The notes beneath the pieces were generated by a model. That model was not told the DNA's origin and ran no database searches. It worked only from the letters and a program-made list of their open reading frames with translations. A DNA stretch of 64,000 nt from a phage. This document shows positions 29,929 through 39,771 of the stretch, piece after piece. Every line of letters starts with the position of its first letter. Position 1 is the stretch's first letter. The position numbers were made by a program, and so were the translations under genes. The stretch is taken from the NCBI GenBank assembly GCA_014685065.1, contig GCA_014685065.1_4092.1; one strand, 5' to 3'.

Positions 29929-31254
29929 ATGACTACTCAAAACGATATCCTGAACGTTAAACTGACTCCAAAGAAAGCTAAAGAAGCAATGGCACTGGCT
30001 GACATGATTCAAGATAGCCTGATGATTTGGGGTAGCCCAGGTATCGGTAAGTCTGCTATCGCTCGTCAATATGCTGATGAAAATTACCCACTGCGTAAAG
30101 ATAACGTAGCTAAAATCGAGTTCATGAAACAACAAATCGAAGCTGACCCTGAAAATGCTGATCAGCTACGCCGTGAACTGGCTGCATTTGAAGCAAAACT
30201 AATCGACCAAGATACTAACTTTATCGATTTCCGTTTGTCTCAAATTGAACCAAGTGACCTTCGCGGTATCCCTGTACCAGAGAAGCTTTTCCGTAAAACT
30301 GACGGTTCTCTTCTCAAAGAATCTGAGCTTGCTGAAGCAAAAGATTATGTGGCTGAAACTGCTGTAGTATGGGCTGCACCTAAAGTACTGAAATTGTCCG
30401 AAGATTGGAAAGGTGTTATTCTGTTTGACGAAATTAACTCTGCAATGCCTATTGTTCAGGCAGCGTCTTATCAGCTAATCCTCGACCGTTGTGTTGGTGA
30501 GATGAAGCTACCTAAGACTGCACTGATTCTTGCAGCAGGTAACCGTGAAACTGATGGCGGTGTAACGTTCTCTCTTGCTACACCACTGCGTGACCGTATG
30601 ACTCACATTGAGATGATTCCTTATCATCAAGATTGGATTAACGATTATGCGATTGCAAAACGTTTGAACCCAGCAACTGTTGCGTTCATCAACAACACTG
30701 GTTCTAAGTACTTTAACACACTTAGCCCACAAGATCCTTCTCACAGCGGTGGTACTTCTCCACGTTCATGGGAAGCAGTAGCACGCTACGAAGATCTCAA
30801 GAAAAATAAGACAATTGATAAAGAAGTGTTCCGTGCAATGATTGCTGGTCGTGTTGGTGAAGGTGTTGCGACTGAATACATTGAGTACGTTGAGAACGTT
30901 GCTAAACTACCAGATACTATGTCTATTCTGTCTGGTGAAATCAAAGAAATCGACGCAACGCTGGATATTTCTGCGAACTACTTTATCACTCTGAACTTGG
31001 TTTATAAAATTATCGACCTGTTCAATGAGAAGCAAGAACAACGTCTACCAGTGGAAGAATGGGGTAAACTGTGTAACAACTTCATCACCTTCCTAGACCA
31101 TAACTTCTCTGCAACTCAAGCAGAACTGGCAGTACTGGCAATTCGTACCATCACGCTTCATAAGGTTGCGATTTCCATTAAAGATGTACCAGCGTTTAAA
31201 GATTTCATCGCTAAGTACTCTGAACTTGTACGTAAAGCACGCTCTCTTGGCTAA
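29929..31254 (+). CDS. MoxR/RavA-like AAA+ ATPase
   Basis: Walker A GSPGIGKS, Walker B ILFDEIN, AAGNRE sensor region; strong CTG/CGT/GGT codon bias. Confidence 0.7.
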   Translation: MTTQNDILNVKLTPKKAKEAMALADMIQDSLMIWGSPGIGKSAIARQYADENYPLRKDNVAKIEFMKQQIEADPENADQLRRELAAFEAKLIDQDTNFIDFRLSQIEPSDLRGIPVPEKLFRKTDGSLLKESELAEAKDYVAETAVVWAAPKVLKLSEDWKGVILFDEINSAMPIVQAASYQLILDRCVGEMKLPKTALILAAGNRETDGGVTFSLATPLRDRMTHIEMIPYHQDWINDYAIAKRLNPATVAFINNTGSKYFNTLSPQDPSHSGGTSPRSWEAVARYEDLKKNKTIDKEVFRAMIAGRVGEGVATEYIEYVENVAKLPDTMSILSGEIKEIDATLDISANYFITLNLVYKIIDLFNEKQEQRLPVEEWGKLCNNFITFLDHNFSATQAELAVLAIRTITLHKVAISIKDVPAFKDFIAKYSELVRKARSLG

Positions 31255-31274
31255 TTAACAAAGAGTTGTTGACA

Positions 31275-31306
31275 AGAAGGATGCCTAATGGTATCCTTCT
31301 TTTATC
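31275..31306 (+). terminator. intercistronic hairpin plus short T tract (attenuating terminator)
   Basis: 11-bp stem AGAAGGATGCC / GGTATCCTTCT then TTTTAT between the two cassette genes. Confidence 0.5.
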
Positions 31307-31328
31307 TTAACTAAACGAGGAAATATAC

Positions 31329-32753
31329 ATGTCAGATAACAAATCTACTTCCAGATTTAATGAAGTATCTCCGGCACTCCAGAAAGAATGTCAAGAACGT
31401 CTGGTTCTGGCTCGTACATCTTTGATGTTAACTGCACCATTCTTTGGTGTACTCGCTTCACGTTTACGTCCAGTTCCTAATAATACATGGTGTCGTACTC
31501 TAGCAGTGGATGGTAAACATCTATTCTACAACGTAGAATTTGTAATGGGTATTCAAGACCCATCTAAAAAGAAAGAATATGAAGAAGCTATTCGTGAAAA
31601 GCACCCTGAAGTTACAGACGAACAATTAAAAGAAATGACTGAAGGTTTGACTGATGAAAACCTTGTTGCAGTAATTTGTCATGAAATCCTACACTGTGCT
31701 TACGATCACTTCCTTCGTCGTGGTATGCGTGATCCACAACGTTATAACCGTGCAGCGGATTATGCCATTAACCAAATCATCGTTCGTGAGAAAATTGGAA
31801 AAATCCAAAGTTCATGGTTGTATGATAAAAAATATGAAGGTATGACCGCAGAAGAGATTTACATTCTTCTTGAAGAAGAAGAAGAAAAGCAAGATGGTGA
31901 AGGACAAGGACAACCACAAAGCGGTGGTGGTGAAGGTGAAGGTAAAAATCGTGGAACTTTTGGTGATATTAAAGATGGTAAGGGTAAACCAAAAGGTACT
32001 ACAATTGACCAACATGACGTTCCACAAGAAGGTCAAGAAGGTGGTTCTAGTGAACAACAAAAACGCGATTATATGGATGATTTCAAAACAGCAATGATGA
32101 ATGCTGCACGTGCAGGTGGTACACCAGCAGAAATCGCTCGTATGATTAACAACTTCAAAGAACCAAAGATTGACTGGCGTTCAAAACTTCAACGTACTCT
32201 TCGTAGTTGGTTGAAGTCTGATGCAACTTATCAAAATCCAAATCGCCGTTCATGGGGTGCTGGTTTTGGTTCTAATGGTTCATTCTATGGTAATCCAATT
32301 TACCCAGGGATGAAACCAGATGATGATATTGATATTGCGATTGCACTAGATGCTTCTGGGTCTATTTCTGAAGATATGCTTCGTGATTTCATTAGTGAAG
32401 TTCTTGGCATCACTAAACAATTCAAACAGTTTAAGATTCGTATCATGACTTTTGATACTGAAGTTTATACTGTAAAGGATTACAAAACTGGCGAAGAACG
32501 TAAGATTCTGGAATATCCAGTAAAAGGTGGTGGTGGTACTGACTTTGAAGCAGTATGGGTTCATATGAAGAACGACAACTACAAGCCTAAACAGCTTGTA
32601 ATGTTTACTGATGGTGAACCGTGGCAGTCATGGGGTGATCCAAACTACTGTAAAACATTGTTCGTGATTCACAGTAACCCAAATAAAGTTGCACCATTTG
32701 GTGAGACTGTACACTACGAATATGAAGCTGATAAAAAGCGTCAACGTAGTTAA
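31329..32753 (+). CDS. vWA (MIDAS) domain protein with N-terminal HExxH metallopeptidase-like motif
   Basis: HEILH at N-terminal third; DASGS ... TDGE MIDAS residues in C-terminal half; Gly/Glu-rich linker. Confidence 0.65.
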   Translation: MSDNKSTSRFNEVSPALQKECQERLVLARTSLMLTAPFFGVLASRLRPVPNNTWCRTLAVDGKHLFYNVEFVMGIQDPSKKKEYEEAIREKHPEVTDEQLKEMTEGLTDENLVAVICHEILHCAYDHFLRRGMRDPQRYNRAADYAINQIIVREKIGKIQSSWLYDKKYEGMTAEEIYILLEEEEEKQDGEGQGQPQSGGGEGEGKNRGTFGDIKDGKGKPKGTTIDQHDVPQEGQEGGSSEQQKRDYMDDFKTAMMNAARAGGTPAEIARMINNFKEPKIDWRSKLQRTLRSWLKSDATYQNPNRRSWGAGFGSNGSFYGNPIYPGMKPDDDIDIAIALDASGSISEDMLRDFISEVLGITKQFKQFKIRIMTFDTEVYTVKDYKTGEERKILEYPVKGGGGTDFEAVWVHMKNDNYKPKQLVMFTDGEPWQSWGDPNYCKTLFVIHSNPNKVAPFGETVHYEYEADKKRQRS

Positions 32754-32765
32754 GTACTAAATAAT

Positions 32766-32796
32766 GAGAACGGAATTTTCCGTTCTCTTCTTTTAT
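32766..32796 (+). terminator. intrinsic terminator
   Basis: GAGAACGG aatttt CCGTTCTC then TTCTTTTAT. Confidence 0.65.
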
Positions 32797-32800
32797 AAGT

Positions 32801-32828
32801 GGGACAACTTATAAAAATATGATATAAT
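32801..32828 (+). promoter_or_regulatory. sigma70-type promoter GGGACA-N16-TGaTATAAT
   Basis: same GTGGGACAA -35 context as promoters at 3044 and 13790. Confidence 0.5.
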
Positions 32829-32862
32829 AGTTAATGTACCAATATACATGGAGAGTATTAAA

Positions 32863-33108
32863 ATGGAACAAGAAAATAATCAAATTCAACTAACCCTTCT
32901 AGACCTAATCAATGCTGCAAAAATCATGGAAGCTGCTGTTGCACGAAACACCTTTAAAGTTGAAGAACTCGTTGAGGTTGCTCCAGTTGTATCTAAATTT
33001 GTTTCTTTTGCAAATGTAGCTCTTGAAGATATTAAAGCACAAGAAGATGCAGCTAAAGAAGAAGCTGAATCACAAGATAGTGAAACTCAAGAAGATAAAG
33101 GAGAATAA
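32863..33108 (+). CDS. small acidic protein
   Basis: ORF, GAGAG RBS. Confidence 0.45.
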   Translation: MEQENNQIQLTLLDLINAAKIMEAAVARNTFKVEELVEVAPVVSKFVSFANVALEDIKAQEDAAKEEAESQDSETQEDKGE

Positions 33109-33110
33109 TT

Positions 33111-33767
33111 ATGGCAGCTATTCGTCATGTTGGTGTAATGCGTAATACAGGTTCTCGTGTTTTTGTTGTTTGGCGTTCACTACCAGATGATCCTGAACAC
33201 TGCCTTATTGTTTATCGTGATTCACTACCAGAAGCATATGTTCACGCAGTAACTGATATTGTTATGGGTCATGGTCAATCTAATATTGATTTGTGGGAAG
33301 TAATGCATAAAATTGGTTATCTCGATGGACGCAAAATGCTAGATGTTCTACACAATATGCAGCATCTACGTCGCGTTCGTACTTGTGACATTGATATGCA
33401 CACTGGTGGTAATAATAAAATTTCTCTTGATGTTCTAAACAAAGCATTAGATGAAAATCAAGCAAAAGTACAAGAAGATGGTAAAGTAAAAGACTTTAAC
33501 CCATTCAATCCACAAGAAGCGGACACTAAAGTAGAAGAAGCTACTATTGTAGAACAACTTCTCACTGATGCACAAAAATATGAAAAACTGGCTAAAGAAC
33601 ATTATGAACGTGCATATAATTTAGAGCCAAGTTTGCGTCCACAAACACAAGTTGTTGAACAACCGAAAGATAGTAAAACAATTTATCTAGAAATTCCAGA
33701 AGGTATTTCACAGACTAAAGCTATTGAGAAAGTAAAACAACTATTTGCAGAACGTAAAGCAAAATAA
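33111..33767 (+). CDS. hypothetical protein
   Basis: ORF, AAGGAG RBS. Confidence 0.5.
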   Translation: MAAIRHVGVMRNTGSRVFVVWRSLPDDPEHCLIVYRDSLPEAYVHAVTDIVMGHGQSNIDLWEVMHKIGYLDGRKMLDVLHNMQHLRRVRTCDIDMHTGGNNKISLDVLNKALDENQAKVQEDGKVKDFNPFNPQEADTKVEEATIVEQLLTDAQKYEKLAKEHYERAYNLEPSLRPQTQVVEQPKDSKTIYLEIPEGISQTKAIEKVKQLFAERKAK

Positions 33768-33770
33768 AAT

Positions 33771-34364
33771 ATGAAAAAGAATGAATTAGATGAAGCAATA
33801 AAAGGTTTATCTAATGTATGTTTTAGTGGCGGGGCAGCAGGTGCTGACCGCCTTTTTTCTATCTATGCAAAAAATAATGGATTTGAAGTTATTAATTTTT
33901 CATTCAAAGGTCATGAGCATAGTGTAGATGAAAGTACTATATTAGAAATACCATCCAATATTCTATCTGATATTTCTATATTAAATCAACTAAACATTGC
34001 ATGTTACTCGTTACAGCGAAAAGTACCGAAGCCTGGTTCTTATGTTTACAACTTACTTGCAAGGAATAGTTATCAGATACTTAATACAGAAAGAATATAT
34101 TGTATTGCAAATATCACATCACCAACTAAGGTAAGTGGTGGTACTGCATGGGCAGTACAGATGTATATGGATTCAGTTGAAAATCCTGAAATTTATTGTT
34201 ATGATATGAATTCACGTTCAGTATTTTATTTCGATACAGTACTGAAAGAGTTCACACAAACATTCGTCGTTCCAGCACCACATGGTAACTGGACTGGTAT
34301 TGGTTCACGCAATGCCACCGAAAAACATATGGAACATTTTATTACATTTTTCAAGGAAGAATAA
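33771..34364 (+). CDS. SLOG/DprA-like Rossmann-fold protein (SGGAAGAD motif), putative nucleotide-binding
   Basis: VCFSGGAAGADRLFS glycine-rich loop after a beta strand. Confidence 0.3.
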   Translation: MKKNELDEAIKGLSNVCFSGGAAGADRLFSIYAKNNGFEVINFSFKGHEHSVDESTILEIPSNILSDISILNQLNIACYSLQRKVPKPGSYVYNLLARNSYQILNTERIYCIANITSPTKVSGGTAWAVQMYMDSVENPEIYCYDMNSRSVFYFDTVLKEFTQTFVVPAPHGNWTGIGSRNATEKHMEHFITFFKEE

Positions 34365-35293
34365 TGAAACAACTACAAGAACTATATCAAAAAATTCTAG
34401 ATGAAGGCGTAGAAAGCGTTGACCGTACTGGTGTTGGGACAATCAAACTTATCGGTCAACAAATGCGTTTCGACCTTAACGATGGTTTCCCAGCAGTGAC
34501 GACAAAACGTCTAGCTTGGAAAGCAATGACTTCAGAATTACTATGGTTTATTGAAGGTTCCCATGATGAGCGTCGCCTTTGTGAAATTTTGCATGGAACT
34601 CGTGATACCGAAAAGAAAACAATTTGGACAGATAATTACCTAAATCAAGGCGTTGCTCTTGGTTATACTGGTGGTGAATTGGGTCCAGTGTATGGTAAGC
34701 AATGGCGTGAATGGGAAGATTATAAATTTAGTTCCAGTACTGAAGAAATTCAAGAATTAAAAGATAAAGGATACAAAGTTATCGATTATACTGGTTCACA
34801 TGGTGTTGTTATGAAACGTACAACTGACCAATTACAAGAACTAATCAAAGGTATAAAGTCCGATCCATATGGTCGTCGCCACATTCTAAGTGCATGGAAC
34901 GTTGGTGAGCTTGATGATATGACGTTGCCACCTTGTCATAGCTTTGTGCAATTTTGTGTAGTACAAGGGAAACTAAGCTGCATTCTACATCAAAGATCCG
35001 CTGATCTATTTTTGGGAGTTCCATTTAATATCAGTAGTTATTCACTACTAACTCATATGATTGCACAAATTACTGGTTTAGATGTTGGTGAATTTATTTG
35101 GAATGGTGGTGATTGTCACATTTATAAAAACCACGTTGAACAAGTAAAAGAACAACTACAGCGAAAACCTCGTGAATTACCTGAATTGTGGCTTGATCCT
35201 ACAATTACTAATATTGAAGATTTCACAATGGATTCTTTCAAATTAGTGAATTACAACCCAATGCCTACAATTAAAGCACCGATGGCTGTATAA
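34364..35293 (+). CDS. thyA: thymidylate synthase (T4 td-like, uninterrupted)
   Basis: DRTGVGT, TKRLAWK, GPVYGKQWR, SAWNVGEL, PPCH catalytic Cys, near-colinear with ThyA/T4 Td. Confidence 0.9.
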   Translation: MKQLQELYQKILDEGVESVDRTGVGTIKLIGQQMRFDLNDGFPAVTTKRLAWKAMTSELLWFIEGSHDERRLCEILHGTRDTEKKTIWTDNYLNQGVALGYTGGELGPVYGKQWREWEDYKFSSSTEEIQELKDKGYKVIDYTGSHGVVMKRTTDQLQELIKGIKSDPYGRRHILSAWNVGELDDMTLPPCHSFVQFCVVQGKLSCILHQRSADLFLGVPFNISSYSLLTHMIAQITGLDVGEFIWNGGDCHIYKNHVEQVKEQLQRKPRELPELWLDPTITNIEDFTMDSFKLVNYNPMPTIKAPMAV

Positions 35294-35300
35294 ACGAAAA

Positions 35301-35327
35301 GGGAGAACTAATGTTCTCCCTTTTTTT
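35301..35327. terminator. bidirectional intrinsic terminator between converging genes
   Basis: GGGAGAAC taat GTTCTCCC flanked by T-run on plus and A-run upstream. Confidence 0.7.
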
Positions 35328-35328
35328 A

Positions 35329-37293
35329 TTATCTAATTGTTACCAATGTTCTTCCGTCGAAACGTACATCAGGAGTTGAAGGTATACTAAACACTACGTT
35401 AGTGCCGTTAAACGTAACGCTATCGACCTCAACACGAGTATAGACACCAGGACTAACCTGTTCCTGTATCTCTGCTGTGACGATGTTTGAGGCTGTTACA
35501 GTAAGGGTGTAGTAGTTACCACTTAATACCCAAGATGAAATGGTAAAAGCATCGGTTCTCACTGAACCTGAACCAATCGGAACCCATTGACCTTGAACTT
35601 TTTGCATTGAAGTACGCTCGGTATTTGAGTATGCAATCATACCATCAACGCCAACAGAGTTATCAATAGTTGCTAGTACTGGTAATTGGATACCATATCT
35701 ATTAAAACGTGTTCTTATAGTTCCATTATCATAGATACTTACATCAGCATAATTACCCATTGATAGTTTTAAATCAGAACTAACTAATTGGATTGTACTT
35801 TGATTAGTAGTACTTTCTAATGTAATTATACCATTAGCTAATAGATTTATATTTTTAAATTTATTAGTTGTTCCATTGAAATTAGTGTTTGCTGTAAACG
35901 TACTAACTCCATTAACTGTAATTGTATCTGATGCAGCATCGCCTAATATGGTATTACCTTGAATGTTCAAATTACCACTAGCAGTGATATTACTAGCTGA
36001 TGTATCACCAGTCAATGTGCTTGTACCATCAACCACAATATTACCATGAAACGCACTTTCACCATTTTTAAATTCAACTTGTACTTTATTCATTGAACTA
36101 AATGAAATAATATTACTACTAGCACTTAGTCCAACATTAGTATTGGTTGCATTATCAAATCTTAGTACTGGGGTTGATGCTGGGGTTGAAGTTGTTTGGT
36201 ATAATGTTAATGTTGAATTATTAATTCTAATACGTTCAGTTCCCGCAGTACTGAAACCAATTGCATCATCTGCTGGATGAAACATACCAGTATTAGCGTC
36301 TGACCATTTTGCAGGATCATTACCTGGGTTATTGGTTGGATCAAATGGATTGTTATTAAATGTCAATGCTGGTGCTGCTGCACTACCATACACCACACCA
36401 AAACGCCCTGAGCCGCTTGTTCCATCATTATACATGGAATCACCAGTTCTACGTAAACATTCAATCACAACGTTATCTATGGATGTTTGTACGGTTCCTG
36501 CGTTCGTTCTAAATTGACGATGGTTTGCAATCATTACTGTATTGTCATATAATACAGAAGCAGCAGAAATGCTTGTTCTTGACTGGCGTAGACGTATGTT
36601 TTTATCTTCAGTTATAATGATCCAATCACCATCTGATAGTGCGGTTTGGTTCATTGGAACGCCTGAAGCAAATGGTTTGGTTAAGTCAGCATCTGTTGCT
36701 AAATTTTTAAGACCATCATGACCAGTACTAGGAATAGATGCAGTAATAATTCTTGCAAAAGCGTATGTTACAAGTTTAGCACCAGATATATTTGGATTGG
36801 AGTCAACATAATATAAAATTTCAATCCAATTACCTTGACCAGTTGGGTTCGTAGGTGTAAATGTAACCGGACTTGTTTGTGGGTTATTTGCTTCAAAGTG
36901 TGCTTGTGCTGCATCCATAATACCACGAACAACATAATAATCACCATTTAGTGATGCTGCTGGTGCTGGTAGTGGCGTTTGTGCTAAAGGTGGGTCAATA
37001 TCATCTGGAATAGGATTATATGTACCAACAAACTGCAAACCACTAGTTACTGAATCTGGTAATTGGGAAGTAAGAAGTTTACCATTTGCATCTAAGTTTG
37101 CAAAGCGGCGATATGCCATAGTACCATCTTCAAAATCCAGAACACCTTCAAATGATTTCCATTCCTTATTGTATCTAATCATCCCTGATCTTATTACATC
37201 AGCGGTTTCTTTTGATGGTGCTTTCGGTAACTCTAAAAAAGATTTACTATCAATAATTACACCACCATCACCTCTAATTCGATTTATACTCAT
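35329..37293 (-). CDS. tail fibre protein
   Basis: 654 aa, N/T/S/G-rich beta-type composition, GAGGA RBS. Confidence 0.55.
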   Translation of the reverse strand: MSINRIRGDGGVIIDSKSFLELPKAPSKETADVIRSGMIRYNKEWKSFEGVLDFEDGTMAYRRFANLDANGKLLTSQLPDSVTSGLQFVGTYNPIPDDIDPPLAQTPLPAPAASLNGDYYVVRGIMDAAQAHFEANNPQTSPVTFTPTNPTGQGNWIEILYYVDSNPNISGAKLVTYAFARIITASIPSTGHDGLKNLATDADLTKPFASGVPMNQTALSDGDWIIITEDKNIRLRQSRTSISAASVLYDNTVMIANHRQFRTNAGTVQTSIDNVVIECLRRTGDSMYNDGTSGSGRFGVVYGSAAAPALTFNNNPFDPTNNPGNDPAKWSDANTGMFHPADDAIGFSTAGTERIRINNSTLTLYQTTSTPASTPVLRFDNATNTNVGLSASSNIISFSSMNKVQVEFKNGESAFHGNIVVDGTSTLTGDTSASNITASGNLNIQGNTILGDAASDTITVNGVSTFTANTNFNGTTNKFKNINLLANGIITLESTTNQSTIQLVSSDLKLSMGNYADVSIYDNGTIRTRFNRYGIQLPVLATIDNSVGVDGMIAYSNTERTSMQKVQGQWVPIGSGSVRTDAFTISSWVLSGNYYTLTVTASNIVTAEIQEQVSPGVYTRVEVDSVTFNGTNVVFSIPSTPDVRFDGRTLVTIR

Positions 37294-37340
37294 TTAAATA
37301 TTTCCTCAGAATAGATTTATATGATGTATTTATTTTAGTT

Positions 37341-37371
37341 AAAAGAAAAGGCCAAGCATAGACTTGACCTT
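37341..37371 (-). terminator. intrinsic terminator (minus strand)
   Basis: AAGGUCAAG / CUUGGCCUU hairpin then TTCTTTT on minus strand. Confidence 0.55.
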
Positions 37372-37380
37372 AATATGTTA

Positions 37381-38871
37381 TTAAACTACAGAAACCCCAC
37401 TCATTGAAGGTGGAACGATTTGCTCAGCAATTAATAATAAATTAGTGACTGTAAACTTGCCACCATGTGACATTAACGTAATAGGTGTTCCATTAGTTAC
37501 TAGGTTACCATTTTCATCAACACTTAAAAATGTATTAAATGAAATAGTATCAACTGTGATTGTTGGTGTTCTAACTTGGTTAATATTATTAAATTGAGTA
37601 TTTGTAAAATTAATAGCAAAACTCATATTAGATGAACTAGTAGTCCATGTACCGTATATATTTAATTTGAAATTTAGAGATGAATTGAAATTATAAACAT
37701 TTAGCTTATTACTTGTTGTATTGAAGAAACTATCTAGTGTTCCACTAGTGGGGGTCAATGATTTAAGTATTTGAATTAAATTCTGTTCAATACCATCTGT
37801 GAATTGTATATTTAAGTTTGAATAATATAATTCTCTTTTTCTACGAACTAGGTTAGTAGTATTATTACCATTAACAAATAATCCAGAACTATCTGATGTT
37901 AATATATTACCAGAGGTATTACTTATTTTAGACGAAATAACATTACTGTCAATAGTTATACCATTTCCAGCAGTATATGAGGATGGTCCAGTCGGTACAT
38001 ATAACCCATTTACGTCAGTTGTTAAAGTATTTCCTGGTGTTGTGCTTATTTTGGTTGAAATTGTTTCTGAACTAATTGATATACCAGTACCACCAACGTA
38101 ATTTATTCTTGTATTAGGCACAAACAATCCAGTACTGTCAGTAGATAGTATATTACCAGAAGTAGAACTAATTTTAGCACTTATTATATCAGAATTAATT
38201 GAAATTCCGTTACCAGCATTATAAGTTACAGTATTGTTAGGAACAAATAAACCATTGCTAGTAGAAGATAATATATTTTCTGGCGTAGGGTCAACCTCAA
38301 CACTAATCACTTCATCACTAATTACAATCCCATTACCCGCATTGTACGTTATCGAATTATCAGGTACGAATAGACCCGTACTATCAGTTGTAAGGATATT
38401 TCCTAAAGATGTGCTTACTTTTGATGATATAATATTATTATCTATTTTAATACTGTCACTACCTGTATATGTTACTGTATTATCAGGTACATATAAACCA
38501 TCTTCGGCAATAGTAAGGATGTTATTAGGTGATGTACTTATTTTAGTTGAGATAGTATTATCACTTATTGTCACACCAGTGCCACCAGAATACACAATTG
38601 ATGTATTAGGAACATATAAACCATTAGAATCATTACTAAGAATATTTCCTTGTGTTGAACTGATTTTTGTTGATATTAAATTAGAGGTTATTGATATACC
38701 AGTACCACCTTGATAGTTAATAGTGTTATCTGGAACATATAAACCATCACTTTCATGAATTAAAATATTTTTATTTTTAGAACTAATATCAGGTACTGGA
38801 ATCTTACCTATTAGAACACCGTCATAACTGATATCACCATTTACAATAATATCTGTTCTTATATTATACAT
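37381..38871 (-). CDS. tail fibre protein with ~35-aa tandem repeats
   Basis: repeating unit GNIL..D..GL(Y/F)VP(D/N)N...Y.(A/G)G.GI.I....IS.K(I/V)S at least eight times. Confidence 0.55.
   Translation of the reverse strand: MYNIRTDIIVNGDISYDGVLIGKIPVPDISSKNKNILIHESDGLYVPDNTINYQGGTGISITSNLISTKISSTQGNILSNDSNGLYVPNTSIVYSGGTGVTISDNTISTKISTSPNNILTIAEDGLYVPDNTVTYTGSDSIKIDNNIISSKVSTSLGNILTTDSTGLFVPDNSITYNAGNGIVISDEVISVEVDPTPENILSSTSNGLFVPNNTVTYNAGNGISINSDIISAKISSTSGNILSTDSTGLFVPNTRINYVGGTGISISSETISTKISTTPGNTLTTDVNGLYVPTGPSSYTAGNGITIDSNVISSKISNTSGNILTSDSSGLFVNGNNTTNLVRRKRELYYSNLNIQFTDGIEQNLIQILKSLTPTSGTLDSFFNTTSNKLNVYNFNSSLNFKLNIYGTWTTSSSNMSFAINFTNTQFNNINQVRTPTITVDTISFNTFLSVDENGNLVTNGTPITLMSHGGKFTVTNLLLIAEQIVPPSMSGVSVV
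37880..38810 (-). repeat. tandem ~105-nt coding repeats inside fibre gene
   Basis: periodic amino-acid motif in translation. Confidence 0.5.
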
Positions 38872-38887
38872 ATATTTTCCTTATATT

Positions 38888-38920
38888 GAAACAAATAAAG
38901 GCCAACCATAGTTGACCTTT
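38888..38920 (-). terminator. intrinsic terminator (minus strand)
   Basis: AAAGGUCAAC / GUUGGCCUUU hairpin then ATTTGTTTC; near-copy of hairpin at 37341-37371. Confidence 0.5.
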
Positions 38921-38928
38921 ATTATTAA

Positions 38929-39708
38929 TTAACGTATACGTTCAGGAATATCAATACCTTCATATACCCAAGTTGCAGCTTGTTGTGCTTTATAAATTGC
39001 ATCAGGATCTAAATCATTAACTGCATCAATTGCAGCACACTGACGATCACATTCAGCAAACAACTGTTCTACCATCGCAAATGCTTCAGTATATAGTTGT
39101 GTCATTTCAGCAGCAGATAGTTTAACTATTGCATCATCGAGAAATATAGAGACAGTTTCAGCACCAGAAGTTACTTGAGTATAATAATTAAGTAACATTT
39201 GACGACCAGCTAGATCAGTACTATAACGTTGTCCTTTAAACAAATAACCACGATTAATACGTTCACCACGTTCTGCTACAGTTCTGGATTTTAAATCATA
39301 TTTCACATCAGTGATATTCATATCAACGTAATGGTATGTTTTCAGTACTGTTAATGCTTTATACTCTGATGTAGCTTCTTCAATAAATTCAACAACTGGT
39401 TGATTATCATCTTTTAACTTAATAAACTCCAATGGTTGTTCAATAGCATTAACATTGCCAATATTTTTATACACTAACCACCAAAAACCTTCTTCTTTTC
39501 TAACAGCATCATTAGGTTCCACTGGAGAACCATCTTTACTTGAAATACCATAAAGAGTTCTAATATCACTATAAAGATAACGATAGGTTTGTGGATCTTC
39601 TGGTGTAGCACCTGGACGTTCTTTCAATCCTTTTACACCAATTGGGTTAGAAATAATGCTACCCAATTCATAATTTTCTTTTGAATTTCCTTTCACATAT
39701 GTGAACAT
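38929..39708 (-). CDS. hypothetical protein downstream of long fibre gene (possible fibre assembly factor, position only)
   Basis: ORF 259 aa, GAGG RBS. Confidence 0.3.
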   Translation of the reverse strand: MFTYVKGNSKENYELGSIISNPIGVKGLKERPGATPEDPQTYRYLYSDIRTLYGISSKDGSPVEPNDAVRKEEGFWWLVYKNIGNVNAIEQPLEFIKLKDDNQPVVEFIEEATSEYKALTVLKTYHYVDMNITDVKYDLKSRTVAERGERINRGYLFKGQRYSTDLAGRQMLLNYYTQVTSGAETVSIFLDDAIVKLSAAEMTQLYTEAFAMVEQLFAECDRQCAAIDAVNDLDPDAIYKAQQAATWVYEGIDIPERIR

Positions 39709-39771
39709 ATAACTACCTCACTTGTTATGATGGTGTCACCCAAAAGAGTGACACCTTTATTATTATAATTA

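Noticed and set aside
34364-35293. Possible group I intron in the thymidylate synthase gene, as in T4 td
   Set aside because: The reading frame is continuous across the whole gene.
37294-37340. T4-type late promoter motif (TATAAATC about 25 nt upstream of the 35329-37293 gene on the minus strand)
   Set aside because: Single approximate match; other virion genes lack a TATAAATA box by eye.
39732-39755. Stable hairpin GGTGTCACCC aaaa GAGTGACACC between two minus-strand fibre genes
   Set aside because: The T-run lies on the plus-strand side where no plus-strand gene ends, so it is not called as a terminator for the minus-strand operon.
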